Shown here: one piece after another, positions 25,031 through 37,428 of the stretch
How positions within the stretch are numbered: position 1 is the stretch's first letter
Layout: every line of letters begins with the position of its first letter
NCBI RefSeq assembly: GCF_018977255.1
Contig: NW_024704742.1
Coordinates: 13,828,001-13,892,000 of the forward strand
From: Callorhinchus milii
Lineage: Eukaryota
Reading direction: 5' to 3'
Length of the DNA stretch: 64,000 nucleotides
Notes under the pieces: model-generated
Database searches by the model: none
The model's input: only the letters and a program-made list of their open reading frames with translations
Told to the model about the DNA's origin: nothing
Made by a program: the position numbers and the translations under genes

Positions 25031-26619
25031 TAGAATTGTATTGATTCCAAAGAATTGGTGACATAATCTATCATCTTGTTAATGACATTAATAAATCAAG
25101 CACCATATTTCTGAGTTATTTTATTGTGCAGGCTTTGAACTCTAAAATCAGTTGTTCGTTTTATCTTACCTGAGTACTTCCTTCTCAGAGAATCATTTAA
25201 ACATAATGTTGGTTAATCGGTAAACTGTCCTGCCAATATCAAGCTGCAATGTAATCCAATGGATTGTCAATAGCCCACAATAAGAGCAAAGAGCAAATAG
25301 AGCAGCATAACGTATCAGTCAGGCAGCTTGTAGCACTGTTGCCTCTGGGTCAAATGAATGAGGGAATCATAAAATCACAAAATTAGTTCGGATGAAAGGC
25401 CAGCTGATCTCATCCTTCTGAAAACTCACCTACCATCCTCCCAATACGGCATTGAGCTGCTCAAATTAGTCAAATGTCCTGGCTCAACCACCANTTTTTA
25501 TTTTTGCCTGTAAAGATTTCTTAAAAAGACGAACTTCCAAATTAAGACTGTATTTTAGAATTTTCCAGACAAAATGGTCTTGCAGATAGATTTGGTTGAC
25601 ATTTTTGGCCTCCTCTTCTTTTGCGATCTACTGGGCAGCATTCTTGTGGGTTGACAGAAATTCCTTATTAAGGAACCCTTTAAATAAATAATACTGTATT
25701 TGTACAGATATCTGTACATCCTCAGCCTGGGTGTAGAACTATTTGATCCATCCTTCCAGCTGGAGTTAGTGAATTAAGATTAGGTACATTNAAAAAATCT
25801 ATACAGTATATGGTAATTTTTTTCAATTATGAATGGGTATAACATCCCTTACAGATCTGCGCTGTGCAAACTTCCCGCTAAATGGTTTCAGAAATTGAAC
25901 ACTGAACAAATCTGAAGTTTGATTGCCCTGTTTTTTCCTGTGGAAACAATCTGTGAACATTTATACTCCATTTCCTATTAAGGTTGGTGTCAATGAACAA
26001 TATAAATCTGTTCTCAATTAATCATGATATCTTTCATCTGTTCCAATAGATTTTTAAAATAAAAATTGACTGTAGAAATAAAACTTGACATGGCTCAAAA
26101 GTGTATAAACAGTCAGAGTTGAGTTATTTTCCACATTGTTCTTTTTACTTTCATTTTGGCACGAAAGCTGATTTATAACAAAACGAAACATGAAAAAGAG
26201 TCCTGAAACAAAATATTCATTCTACTTACTGAGCAGTGTTTTGATTTAAGCAGTTCCTCTGCCAGAGCTGTGCACACATTTTCTTTAATGTGACATTCGC
26301 AGGTGAGGAAGCCTGCTGGGATTGTTTTCACACTGAATTCTCTTGATTTCAAGGAAATCTGCTTTCTTGGGAGCTTTCCTGCTGGTTGCTCCTTTCCCAG
26401 AGACTTGTTTGTACATCATGTCTGATGTTCCTGGTTGACTGCTGTGCATTATTGTTGTGACTTGTGTTTGATGCTTGGAAGACAGCTACAACAGAATTAA
26501 ACACCTAATTGGCTGCAGAAGTTGGCAATATGGAAAAGCTTTCAGACACTTTTTGTGAACAGTGATACGCTGCGGCCTCAGTGATAGAAGATACTGTGAA
26601 TGTTTGTTTATAGACATTC

Positions 26620-26788
26620 TATACTATTAGTTATAATAGTATTATTAGTTACTCTATAAACAATAGTATTATTAGTTATCTATAAACAATAGTATTATTA
26701 GTTAGTCTATAAACAATAGTATTATTAGTTAGTCTATAAATAATAGTATTATTAGTTAGCATATAAACAAACTAATAATATTATTAGG
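26620..26788. repeat. 27-bp AT-rich minisatellite, about 5 units
   Basis: Unit AATAGTATTATTAGTTAGTCTATAAAC repeated with few variants. Confidence 0.9.
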
Positions 26789-27764
26789 AATGTTTTGGTA
26801 CAATTAGAAAAGTTGAACAATTTGTTTTCATATAATATGGCAGTTTAATGAACTAATTGTCTTTGTAATCTATACCAATGTAGCACATTCATTATCTTAC
26901 TTATACACTGTCATGCAGAAGCTTTGGAAGTATAGTTCAGTCCGCCTACAATATACAGATACATTGCCACCACAGTTGAAAAATAAGGCTTTGATTGTGC
27001 AGAACTACGTTTGATAATTTTGCATTGATATCATTATTATATCCTACACCAAAGTAGAATGGAAGCATATTGTCTTTAAGAAATGATACATGCTCAATGT
27101 TTGTCAGCAATAAACTTCTAATAATAATAAGGAGCAATGCCTTTTTGTTCCCGCCAATATGCTGTCAGATGGCAGGCAGCGGGAGTAGTTGAATAATGAA
27201 ACAACAACATGGTAAGGAATCCATTCAGGTTTTGTGTCTGTAACCAAGATATTTGTTTTGTGGAGGGTTTCTTTGAGGAGTGGTTGTACATAACAGATGC
27301 TTCTTCTGATTTCTTTAGCAATTGAAGTCTAAAAAAGTACCCAAACCATTCTCCATTTCTCTATGGTCTTATTACCTATCTCACAGCACTGCTGATTTGC
27401 CACTATTAAGCTGTACAGGGATTCTCCTTCAGTCAGATGCATGCTGATAGCACAGAACAGTACACAATTGGAAACTTTCTGGGACTCATCACAGCTTGAT
27501 GATTCACAAAGCCCATGAAATAAACATATGTTGCACAATAGTGCTCTCCATTGGGTATCTAACTTTTATACTTGTATCATTAAGTAAATGCAAGGCAAGG
27601 TTACTCCCAATGGCTGCAACATCAGGTTTATTTTACTCCACAGGTTCCATGTAGCAGATGTGTTGATATGGACTGAAAGTTATTTTCTGTTCCACTTGGT
27701 AAAATTTGTGATTTGTCTAATGGTGGTTGTCTCCTTACTTTCCAAGTATAGTATAGTTTGATAT

Positions 27765-28041
27765 ATCACATTTCACATCTTCTGAATGTCTCAAAGCACT
27801 TCACAGAATATACTGCAAAGTGAATTGACAATATATTTGTGGGCGAAACGCAGCAGCCAATTGTGCACAACAGTGTCCCACAAACAGTCATCCATTGAGT
27901 AACTGTTTTTTTTTCTGGATGGATTATTCTCAGGCATGTGGAGTAAGAAAACTTGCTCAAGGTTTTGCCCTGCTGGGAATCAAACCCAGGTTGCTTACTT
28001 GCAAAGATGAGTGCTCTAACCACTGAGCTAAAGGACTCCAC
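27765..28041 (-). mobile_element. Near full-length tRNA SINE, diverged
   Basis: Reverse-complement head gtggagtcctttagctcagtggttagagcac, Deu-like domain and truncated tail. Confidence 0.88.
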
Positions 28042-30099
28042 ATCCTGTATCTACCAGTTTGGAGGGGCAGACCAATCACGAGGGGCAGGGACTCAACCCA
28101 ACAAGCCAAAGTCCCAATGGGTAAGGTGAGCCTAGCTGGAAAAACAGTAGAAAGCTTGCCAGACAGTGCTCTCAATGGCAAGCCATGCGGTTTTATCTAG
28201 TTAAACACCAGGAGTACCCCAATGCACACTCTATGATCCCCAAGTCTCGGCTCTTGCTAACCTTTACCTAATACTCTCAGGGTTGTGTTTTCTCTGGGGT
28301 GAGAGTGTGCATCCGTTTCAGGTAAATTCCCATGTGTGTCATGCATGGAACATTTGGTCTGGTTTGGATACCATTAAACATGGTGATGGGTTTCTGCATG
28401 TGTCAGGCTATCAGCTAACCCCTAAAGTTTTGTACATTTGCCTTTCATTCCCAACTTTGTGTACTCCAAGTAATGAATTCTTTGATTTAAACTTAATGCG
28501 ATTCTGTTCCATTTGGAAAATTAAGACAATTTGCCCTTGAATTCTTCTAAATAAATGTATCGTAGTTTTAGAAGTATGAGTTAGTTTTATATTGACAATG
28601 GCATCTGAAAAGATCCCTAATGGTTTACATGGTTTACATAGTGACATGGTGTGAACAAAAACACTTGCTATGCAAGAAATGTTTTCATGAATAATCGCTG
28701 TAGCATCCAGTGTCAGTAGATTTTAGTTTCAATCAAATATTGGATGCAAAGTGAAGTCTCACAGTTAGGACCCCTTACAGAGGAGGACACATCAAGGAAG
28801 TATATATCTTTATCAACTATCAACTTTCTTTGAGAAACAATTTTCTTTTAGATAACTATGTGAGAAATAAATCTATATCTCTCTATTTTTCTCTTCCTTT
28901 GCATCTTTCCTTTTAGAAAGAAAGTTGATACAGCTAGATTCTTGGGAAGTAAGGGGATTAAAGAATATGGAGAAACATTGGGCAAATGGGAGCACTGAGT
29001 CTCACTTGGTTTAGAGATCATCTTGCTACAAAAATAAAATTACATTTATATAGTGTCTTTCACGTTGAAGGACGCATCAAGGTGCTGGACAGTTAAGGGT
29101 TTTTATCCAAGCTTTGATTCTGGGAAAGAGTGACAGAAATCTATATCTCTTTATTTTTCTTCTACCTTGCATCTTTTCTTTATAGCTTTTCCATTTTAAT
29201 ACTGGAACAAGAAAATGTATAAAGTGACAGGAAAGGCTTTTCAGAATACGATATCAATATCTAAAATAACACACAAGCCAGACAGTAACTTGATGAAGTA
29301 AATCAGTTAATGTTAGAAATAATAACTTAACTACTGTTGTATTGTATTGTAGCGTCTAAGCGGTGAGACTATATTAGAACAAGAAGATATAGGACAAACT
29401 CAACTGTGTATAAAGCAGCAACTTACATTGGAAAACAAACTTAGGCTTTGTGGTCCTTGGTTGAAACATTGCAATCAGGTATCAACCTGACTGAGTTGGG
29501 AACACTCTTGCCTTTGAGTCAGAAGGTTGTGGGATCAGGATTTTGAATTTACATTGCCTCAGGTGACACTCCATTGAGGTACAGTACCTTTATAAATCAC
29601 AGGCCAGGATGCGACTGACTGGGCCGCTTCCCACTTGATGGAATTTTCTAGGGAAAATGTACACCAGAATATTTGATAGGGAAGTGAACTGCCCCCCAAA
29701 TTCTCAAGAACTGACATTAACTTCTTCAATGTTTGGCTCTGGGAATATCTGGCTGAGTCTGTAGCTGTTATGTGTTGGTGCACCAGGGAGCAAATTGTAG
29801 TGTTGTGATATATTAATGAAATTCTATGGTGCTAATTAACATGTGCATTGAACTTTGTGACTTTATAAAATTTAACACATCCACTGGCCCCTGGGTTTGC
29901 TTGAGACAAACACCACTCACTGCCTACAACCAATATCCTCTATTTGAAATGATACCCAAACTGTGCATTGGACTGTCTCATATGTCCCACATTAGTATGT
30001 TTAACTCAACAACAATTAAAAGAAAAATGTTATCTTAGTTATCAAAAATCAACACACCAATCCAGTGTGAGAGCTGGAGGTCAAATGCACATGGTGTAA

Positions 30100-30241
30100 A
30101 CAAAACCAAAATAATGCAGATGCTGGAAATCTAGAAATTGAGTTCTGACGAAGGGTTGTGGACCCGAAACCTTGACTCACTTTCCTTTCTCCATAGGTAC
30201 TGCCTGATCTGCTGAGTGTTCCCAGCGACTTCTGTTTTTGT
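30100..30241. mobile_element. Penelope-like short element with internal inversion and 14-bp TSD; hammerhead at 30140-30178 (+), triplet mutated
   Basis: TSD TGCACATGGTGTAA at 30086-30099 / 30242-30255. Motif GAGTT-CTGACGA-A-GGGTT-GTG-GACCC-GAAA-CCTT-GACTC. Confidence 0.8.
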
Positions 30242-30255
30242 TGCACATGGTGTAA

Positions 30256-30666
30256 GCCTGGCGCAATTAGTAGCATTCTGGCCTCTGAAGGTTGTGGGTT
30301 CAAGCTCCACGTCAAGCCTTTAACTTCACAAAATAAGCTGATGTTCCACTACTGTGTGATCACTGCATTGTTGGCTGTACCATTCTTTGGATGAAGCATT
30401 AAGCCGAGGTCCCGTCTGCCTGTCAAGGTGGACATGAAATATCCCATGGCCCTATTGATGATTGAAGGGAGTTTCACTCGGTGTCTTGGTTAACAATCGC
30501 TAAAATAAAATTGCTCATTCACTTCATGGTTGTTTGTAGGACATTGCTGTGCGCAAATTGGCTCCTAGATTCGCTGACAGAACATACTTTACAGTAAATC
30601 CTATGAAATGCTTCGAAACATCCTCCTGATGTGAAAGAAGCTGTATCAAATGCAAGGATTATTATA
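30256..30666 (+). mobile_element. SacSINE1/LmeSINE-like DeuSINE, near full-length
   Basis: Head (tagtagcattctggcctctgaaggttgtgggttcaagc), body (ttaagccgaggtcccgtctgcc), Deu domain and tail. Confidence 0.8.
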
Positions 30667-31309
30667 AGCATCTTGGCAGGCCTTTGAGAATGTTTTTGGG
30701 GAGTGGGATTCTTTTCAAATCCCATCCAGGTCACCCAGGGACCAGTGTGTTAAATGTCACAAAGTCGCTAAATTGAAAATGTCATAATGTAATTAATATA
30801 CCCACCACCACTAACTTAAGGTTATGTGAACAGACAAAGATTTATGAGTATTATCTCGTGCTACACAACATGGTCCATTTACTCCCTGAGCCAGCAAGAG
30901 AGCATTTTTAAAATTATAATACTGACCTTAGAAGCTGAATGCAAAAGAGCACTCTTACTGGAACAAATTTTGCACAAAATGTATACTCATAGATGTTGGT
31001 TGTTATAATACACTGGAAAAAAACATAATTTAAATCTTAAGATAACCATCCTCTCATGTAACACAAACCTTTTGTGCAGCACTTTAACCACAGATAACAA
31101 CCATTTTCAAAGAGCAATCATCCATAGGTTTAGATTGTGCGTGCCGTAAATATAATGGAAGGAATTCATTTTTTAACAAAAAGGGTTCGGAAATGATTTA
31201 GACACCAATGGTTGAATCACTTTATTTCCAGTCTTGGAAACCCAAATGCAATATTATCTGAATTACTATACCTTTTGCTTCTCAAAAGCTATCGAAAGAT
31301 GCACAGAAT

Positions 31310-31395
31310 AGGTCCTGACCCAACTGTACAGCGCCTTGGGATGTCCTCCCGACGTGAAAGGCGCTCAATAAATGGAATCTTGTTGTTGTTGTTTG
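31310..31395 (+). mobile_element. Young L2 3' terminus
   Basis: Near-identical to 63850-63926, with a (TTG)n tail. Confidence 0.85.
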
Positions 31396-33519
31396 TGAGC
31401 TTTATTAGGAATTCAAAGATTATTTTATTTTGTATTTTGATTGAAGGAAAAGCCTTTCAAAAACAGAGTACTACGTGTCCTGCTGTGAGATAACAATATA
31501 AAATAGTGCAGATGGTTCTGATTTTCTGGCTTATTCTGCTTGTCGTCCTTTCATTTCATTCTCACCTCCGACTGGAACAGACAGAAAGTGTGTCACAAAT
31601 TGTGTACTGCAGACAGATTCCACCCTTCACTTCCACTGCTGCATAACAGAATTGTTATAAAGAACTGTATACAGAATAATACAGAACAGAACTGCTACCT
31701 ATACCACATGGGATATAATAGGTGTCAGGTTTAGTTGAGTGGACAGCAACTTTTGGCCACTGTGGTCCTGCTAGCAATTGTTCTACGAATGACCCCATCT
31801 CTTGCAGAGCATTACAACCTTGTGGTTTCAAAAGATCATCTAAACAGTTTGAATAAGGGAACACAGAGTTGAAATGCAGTGTTTAGCTATAAATTCTGTC
31901 CGGCCATTACCTTAGTTCACAACCCACTAGCAGAGATTTCTGATAATAATGAACGTTTTTCAATCTATCAAAAAATGTGCTACAAGTGTGTTAAATTGGT
32001 TCAGGATCTTAAGACCAGTACATTCTTGTAACATAAACAAATCTACTGTAATGTGAAGATCTACAGTTCTACAAATTAACTTGTGATCTGTTGTATTTTC
32101 TTGCATTGTGGAGTTAGGGCCAAGGTTTTTGACTTTGAGGCAAGCCATTTTCTTGCGAGGCTGCATACTTGCACGTTGGCACATTCGTCATCATTATGGC
32201 AAATCTTTGCAGTTGGTGGTCATTAACAGTGTGGAATGAAATGCCTCACTTTTTCATCTTGTTGTCAGTTCCATCAAACACCTCTAATGCAGATTCCGAC
32301 AGCCGGTGTTGGGGAGATCGATGCCTGGGAACAACAAATCTCCATCACTGGTACAAAACATTTCTCTGGAGACCTGCTATAGTTAATTTTTTGTAAAGAG
32401 ATTTGTGAATGCAATTTTGTTTCCTGATATGGTGCAAGCTAAGTGAATGCTATTTTTCTGCTTGCTGCTGTTTCAGAGGTGCTAAAGCCCTGAAGTGTTC
32501 CAAACTGCATTCTGGAATACCCAGAGTTTACAGAGTTTAATGCCTGATATTTAGTGAACCTGAAGTAATAAATAAGTACCTTTTCTATTCAGCATTAGCT
32601 AGGTAATGCACTTACTTGACTGTCTGGTGGCTGTCCATGCTATGAATCGCTGACTGGGATATTACAATGGATGTTTTGTATTCCAAGTCACCATCATAAT
32701 TTCAACCATAGTTAATTGAGTTCTTTTTCCATTAATTGTCGTAAGCTTCCAACAAACCAAATGCAGATCTAAAGGACAGATTTACAATTCAACAGCTAAC
32801 ATTTATATAGCGGCTTGCGCATAAAATAAATCTTAGAAACGACAATACAAACAAGAGAATATAGAATCAAAGGAAGTTTTAACACTTGGATTTTCCCCAC
32901 CAAATAATTGTGATGTATTTCAGTATTGTATACCATGAACACTGACTTCTATGGTGTTTACATCAAACTTGTCTCCCTTGTTCGGCATCTAACTCCACCT
33001 TTGTTCAGTGCTCTGAGATGCTATCCTGTGTGAAGAGCACTATATACAAGCAAGTTTTGTTGTTGTAAACATGATGCACAACACTTGCTCCCACCATCTC
33101 AGAACAAATGGCTGAGGTTTCATTCACTATATGCACTCGAATACTCTCCCAAAGCATTTTGAAACAATATCGTACATGAAAGGTGCTATACAAGTGCAAG
33201 GTATTATTTGTCACAAAAGTCACAAAATAAATTCTAATTACAGAAATGTCGTTACACTTTTGCAGTTCTTACTCAGTGATGTCAAGATATCCATGTCCAC
33301 TTGGAATATATCTGGTTCTCTCTCTAACTCTCTTGTGGTTTTTATTAATAAGCTGTATCTTATGTACACGAAGCAATGGGAGATCTGAGTGAGAGTTTAA
33401 TCTTGCCTGATCTTGCCAGGAAAACGTCCGATCTTACAGTATCAGTTGCTTTTGGAGACAAGTCCACAGTGTAAAAGCGGTAATAGAAAAAGCGACATTA
33501 AGGTATTGTTGGAAAATTA

Positions 33520-33838
33520 TTTCACATACCAAGAGGCAGCGGCCTGCTCCACATCCCCTGACCCACCATTGGCGGGAGAGCCTTCAGCCACTCTTCCACC
33601 AACCTCTGGAATTCCATCCCCCAATCACTCTGCCTCGCCCCCTCCGTAGCCTCCTTCAAGTCCCACCTCAAGACCCTCCCCTTCGACCATGCCATCGGCC
33701 ACCCCCTTCCCCTCCCCTCCCTTCTCCCTCCCTGACTCCAGCTTGGATCTGAAATGCTGTACACTGTCCAGCACCTTGGGATGTCCTCCCGATGTGAAAG
33801 GCGCTATACAAATGTAATCTTGCTGCTGTTGTTGTTGT
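33520..33838 (+). mobile_element. L2 LINE 3' fragment
   Basis: ORF2 end, 3' UTR and (TTG)n tail. Confidence 0.88.
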
Positions 33839-34353
33839 GGGCCATTTAAAGCTAGTACAATGCTGTTATTTGGAGATTTAGGAAAAACAAAAGTGGATGA
33901 GACAGCAACAAGAAGGTATGAATTTACAACACAATTCATTAAAATAAAGAAAGCCTGGAGGGTGGAATGGTAAAGGGAAGCAGACTGCCAACATTTGAAG
34001 GTGTTAAATTTGAGGCAGGCTGAGGTGTCCTGCAAAAAAGATAAGATAGCATCTCCTGAGGTTTGGTGCTAGGCTTGGTTGGAGATAAGAGGCCAATGTT
34101 AGAGGTACAAATGGGGAGGCAAGTGGTGAATCCCGGTAGTTCAGGTTCTTGTTTAAAGGCAGAAAGGAAATCTTTAAAAATTATTAGCCTTCAGTTAGTT
34201 CACAATGATATAGAAGAGGTAGCACTGCAAACAAGGAAAAGGCGGGGCAGGAGAGGCGGGGGGAGGTGGGAGGGAGAGGTGGGATGCGGTGGGGGCAACC
34301 TCTGACTTGTTAAACAGAATGTATAAAGCTGCACAAATTCATTGCCTCTAACT

Positions 34354-34838
34354 CAACAACAAGATTACATTTGTATAGTGCCTTTCATGTCGGGAGGATG
34401 TCCCAAGGCGCTGGACATTGTACAGCATTTCAGACCCAAGCAGGGGTTGGGGGTTAAGGGAGGGGAAGGGGGTGGCCGATGGCATGGTCAAAGAGGAGCG
34501 TCTTGAAGTGGGACTTGAAGGAGGCTAAGGAGGAGGCGAGTGGAGTGATTGGGGGATGGAATTCCGGAGATTGGGGGCAGAGTGGCTGAAGGCTCTCCCA
34601 CCAATGATGGGGCGGGTGGGTCGGGGGACGTGGAGCAGGCTGGAGCCGGCTGAGTGGAGGGAATGGGCGGGTTGGTAAGGGGTTAGGAGGTCGCAGAGGT
34701 AGGGTGGGGCGAGGCCATGGAGGGCTTTGTATGTGAGGACCAGGATCTTGAATTGGATCCTCTGAAGGATAGGGAGCCAATGGAGTCGGGCGAGAATAGG
34801 GGAGATGGGGTTATGGAGTTTGGTGCGGAAGAGGATAC
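34354..34838 (-). mobile_element. L2 LINE 3' fragment
   Basis: Reverse complement encodes degenerate PILARLHWLP..RIQFKILVLTYK. (CAA)n tail at 34354. Confidence 0.9.
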
Positions 34839-35235
34839 TATTATATTATATTGACACATAAATTGACACAAAGCCAATTTATTGGCCATTTTACAATCAG
34901 CGTACGATCAGTGAGCTCCTGACAACTTCCTTTAAAAATCTGAGTGAGTTAAATGCCACTGTCATTTTTCCAGCTCTTCCAGCTGCCCCTAGATGACTTC
35001 AGCCAACACATTTAATGCTATTTTCACTTAGGCATACCACACTAATTAAGCAGACGTCAGTCAGTCTAGCATAGAATACAGAACTGTGCAAATACCCAGA
35101 TACCAGCAATAAATAACTGCCATAAATAAGGGATTTACACATGCCAGACCTTTCACCTGATAATGAAAGTATAATCTAATATGCAATTTATTTGCATAAA
35201 GCATTCAGAGATATTTCTTTTATATGAAAGGCACT

Positions 35236-35496
35236 ACAACAACAACAACAACAACAAGATTCCATTTATAAAGCGCCTTTCACGTCAGGAGGACGTCCCA
35301 AGGCGCTGCACAGTTCGGTCATGACCTGAGCAGGGGGGAAATGGTCAGGGTGAGGGGAGGGAAGGGAGGGACCGAGGAGGGGGGAAATGGTCAGGGTGAG
35401 GGGAGGGAAGCGAGGGACCGAGGAGGGGGGAAATGGTCAGGGTGAGGGGAGGGAAGGGAGGGAGCGAGGAGGGGGAAGGGAGTCGAGAGGGGCTCA
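35236..35496 (-). mobile_element. Young L2 3' UTR with three 46-bp tandem units
   Basis: Reverse complement of ~63682-63926; period 46 (35341/35387/35433). Confidence 0.92.
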
Positions 35497-35714
35497 CTAT
35501 ATAATTTTAGGTTGTTGTGGTGGTAATACCAATGGCTGTAGGTATATCATTGGGTGACATTGGTACTCCTCTAGATATTGGAAATAATTCCATTTCTAGC
35601 TAGAGCTTGTGGATTGTACACTATAATTAGAATTATTTCAAATACCTGGATAAGGCAACCAAGGCATGAATAAGGCTTTCAGCTACATTGGGTATTGGAT
35701 AGGGTGATGTGATG

Positions 35715-36240
35715 TGGCAAAGATAAACAAACGCAGTCTTAGTCAGTGACCGAATCTAAGGAAGGAAAGAGAGCCCTGGGTCAAACAGAGTGTGCGCAGA
35801 CTCAATGAGGTAGAGAGAGCATCTGGGAATGTTGAAGTTATCAGAACCAGAGATAAGGAGGGGTTGGCGGGAGCTGAGTTAATTTCCATTTTATCTATAT
35901 TAATCTGAAGGAAGTTAAGCCTCATCTAGAACATGATATGTGGCTGACAGGTGGTCAGGACATCAATCGACCTGAAATTAAAGGTGCAAGTGGGAGAGAG
36001 AGATTTGAATGACATCAGCAGATGTGTGAAAATCTATCCCATGTCTGCAGATGATATCGTCCAGGGAGAGCATATAGATCAGGAAAAGGAGGTGATTAAG
36101 GATGGTGAGCAGAGACAATGGTAATTTGAAAGGCAGTATCAGAAGATGGGTAGGGAGGACAAGAGAGGTCAAGGAATCTTTCAATGGTTTTCGTGTTGGT
36201 GATGGGGGTGAAGGAGGATGAGGGATAAATGTAGCCAAAG
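35715..36240 (-). mobile_element. Old L2 reverse-transcriptase fragment (pseudogenised)
   Basis: ORF 35978-36238 LLFLIYMLSLDDIICRHGIDFHTSADVIQ is a degenerate YADD region. Downstream LFDPGLSFLP*IRSLTKTAF matches 63069 ORF. Confidence 0.85.
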
Positions 36241-36782
36241 GTGCATTTTAATGTCGGATATGTATGCGAGAAAAGAGGAGCTAATTTTCAACACCTCTTT
36301 CACTTAGCTAAAATTGATTTGCTGCATTTCTTTAAATAGCGTGTTTACTCAGGTTAGTGATTATTCTACAGCCTGCTGTTAATCACGTTTCTGGGCTGCA
36401 TTCACCAAAGAAAACAAAAGCGATTAAGCTATTTCAATCTTTGTTTCACGATCTACATTATGTCATGCCTTTCACAGAATGTTTTAAAATGTAACCTGAT
36501 TATTTTTTGGTCAACCGGTCTGACATAGAAATGCATCACCAGGTTTAAAGCATTGTGAACCAGACTGAAAGTTCCACATATGTATTGCCGGCTGCATATA
36601 GAAATGTTCCTGTATGTAGAATACCGGGAATACAGAGAGAGACATTTTTGTAATCCTGGAAAGTATTAAATGAAGGTTGGTGAGCCCCAAGACTTTGGGG
36701 ATCCTTATTTCTGGCCTTTCAATTATTCATGCAGCATTTTGAAAACTGAAATCATGCGATTTATCTTGTGTGTCTTTTGTCA

Positions 36783-37428
36783 GTGTCAAACTGGCACAGT
36801 TGATAGCTCTTTCTTCTAAGGTTGTGAGTTCAAGCGCCACATTAAGGCTTTGAACAGGGTGGTCCAAATGGCAGCCTGCAGGCTGCGTCCAGCTCACGGG
36901 CAGAATTCATCCGCCCCCCCCACCCACATCTCTCTCCATTTCATGTGGCTTTCATTCTGCTCCCTCCATAACCCGTATATGTTATGCTTCTGGAAAGGAA
37001 ACACATAAATATTGCTTATGCGGCCCGCGCACATTTCTAAAATAGGACATCTGGCCTTCAGCAGCCAAAAGGTTGGATCACCCTGGTCTAGGCTGACATT
37101 CCAAAGCAGTGATGGGGGAGTGCTGCATTGTTGGAGCCATCGCCCTTCGGAGGAGTTGTTAAACTGAAGCCCTGAATGCTTGTTCAGGTAGATATTAAAG
37201 ATCCATGGAATTATTTGAAAAGAGGAGAGAGTCTCTGGATAGCATGGTCAAGAATCTCCCAAATAAAATTGGTCATTTATTTCATGGTTGTTTGTGTGCA
37301 AATTGGCTGCCATTTTCACCTACAAAAATACACAGTCACTACACTTTACAGAAAATGCTGAGAAGTGCTTTGAGACATCCTCCAGAAGTGAAAGCCACAA
37401 TATAAAATGCAAGGTTTATTGTTGTTAT
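36783..37428 (+). mobile_element. SacSINE1-like DeuSINE interrupted by a MITE
   Basis: Head at 36783-36854. Body resumes at 37086 (gtctaggctgacattcc) and runs through Deu domain and tail. Confidence 0.8.
36855..37085. mobile_element. Non-autonomous hAT (Charlie-like) MITE, 231 bp
   Basis: TIRs CAGGGTGGTCCAA / TTGGATCACCCTG (12/13 match), subterminal GCGGCCC motif and right flank GTCTAGGC. Confidence 0.75.

Noticed and set aside
26620..26788. CRISPR-like regularly spaced repeats
   Set aside because: Head-to-tail tandem units without unique spacers, in vertebrate DNA, with no cas genes.
32160..32396. Unique-looking segment with a 75-aa ORF
   Set aside because: Manual translation of both strands gave no recognisable protein or consistent splice pair.
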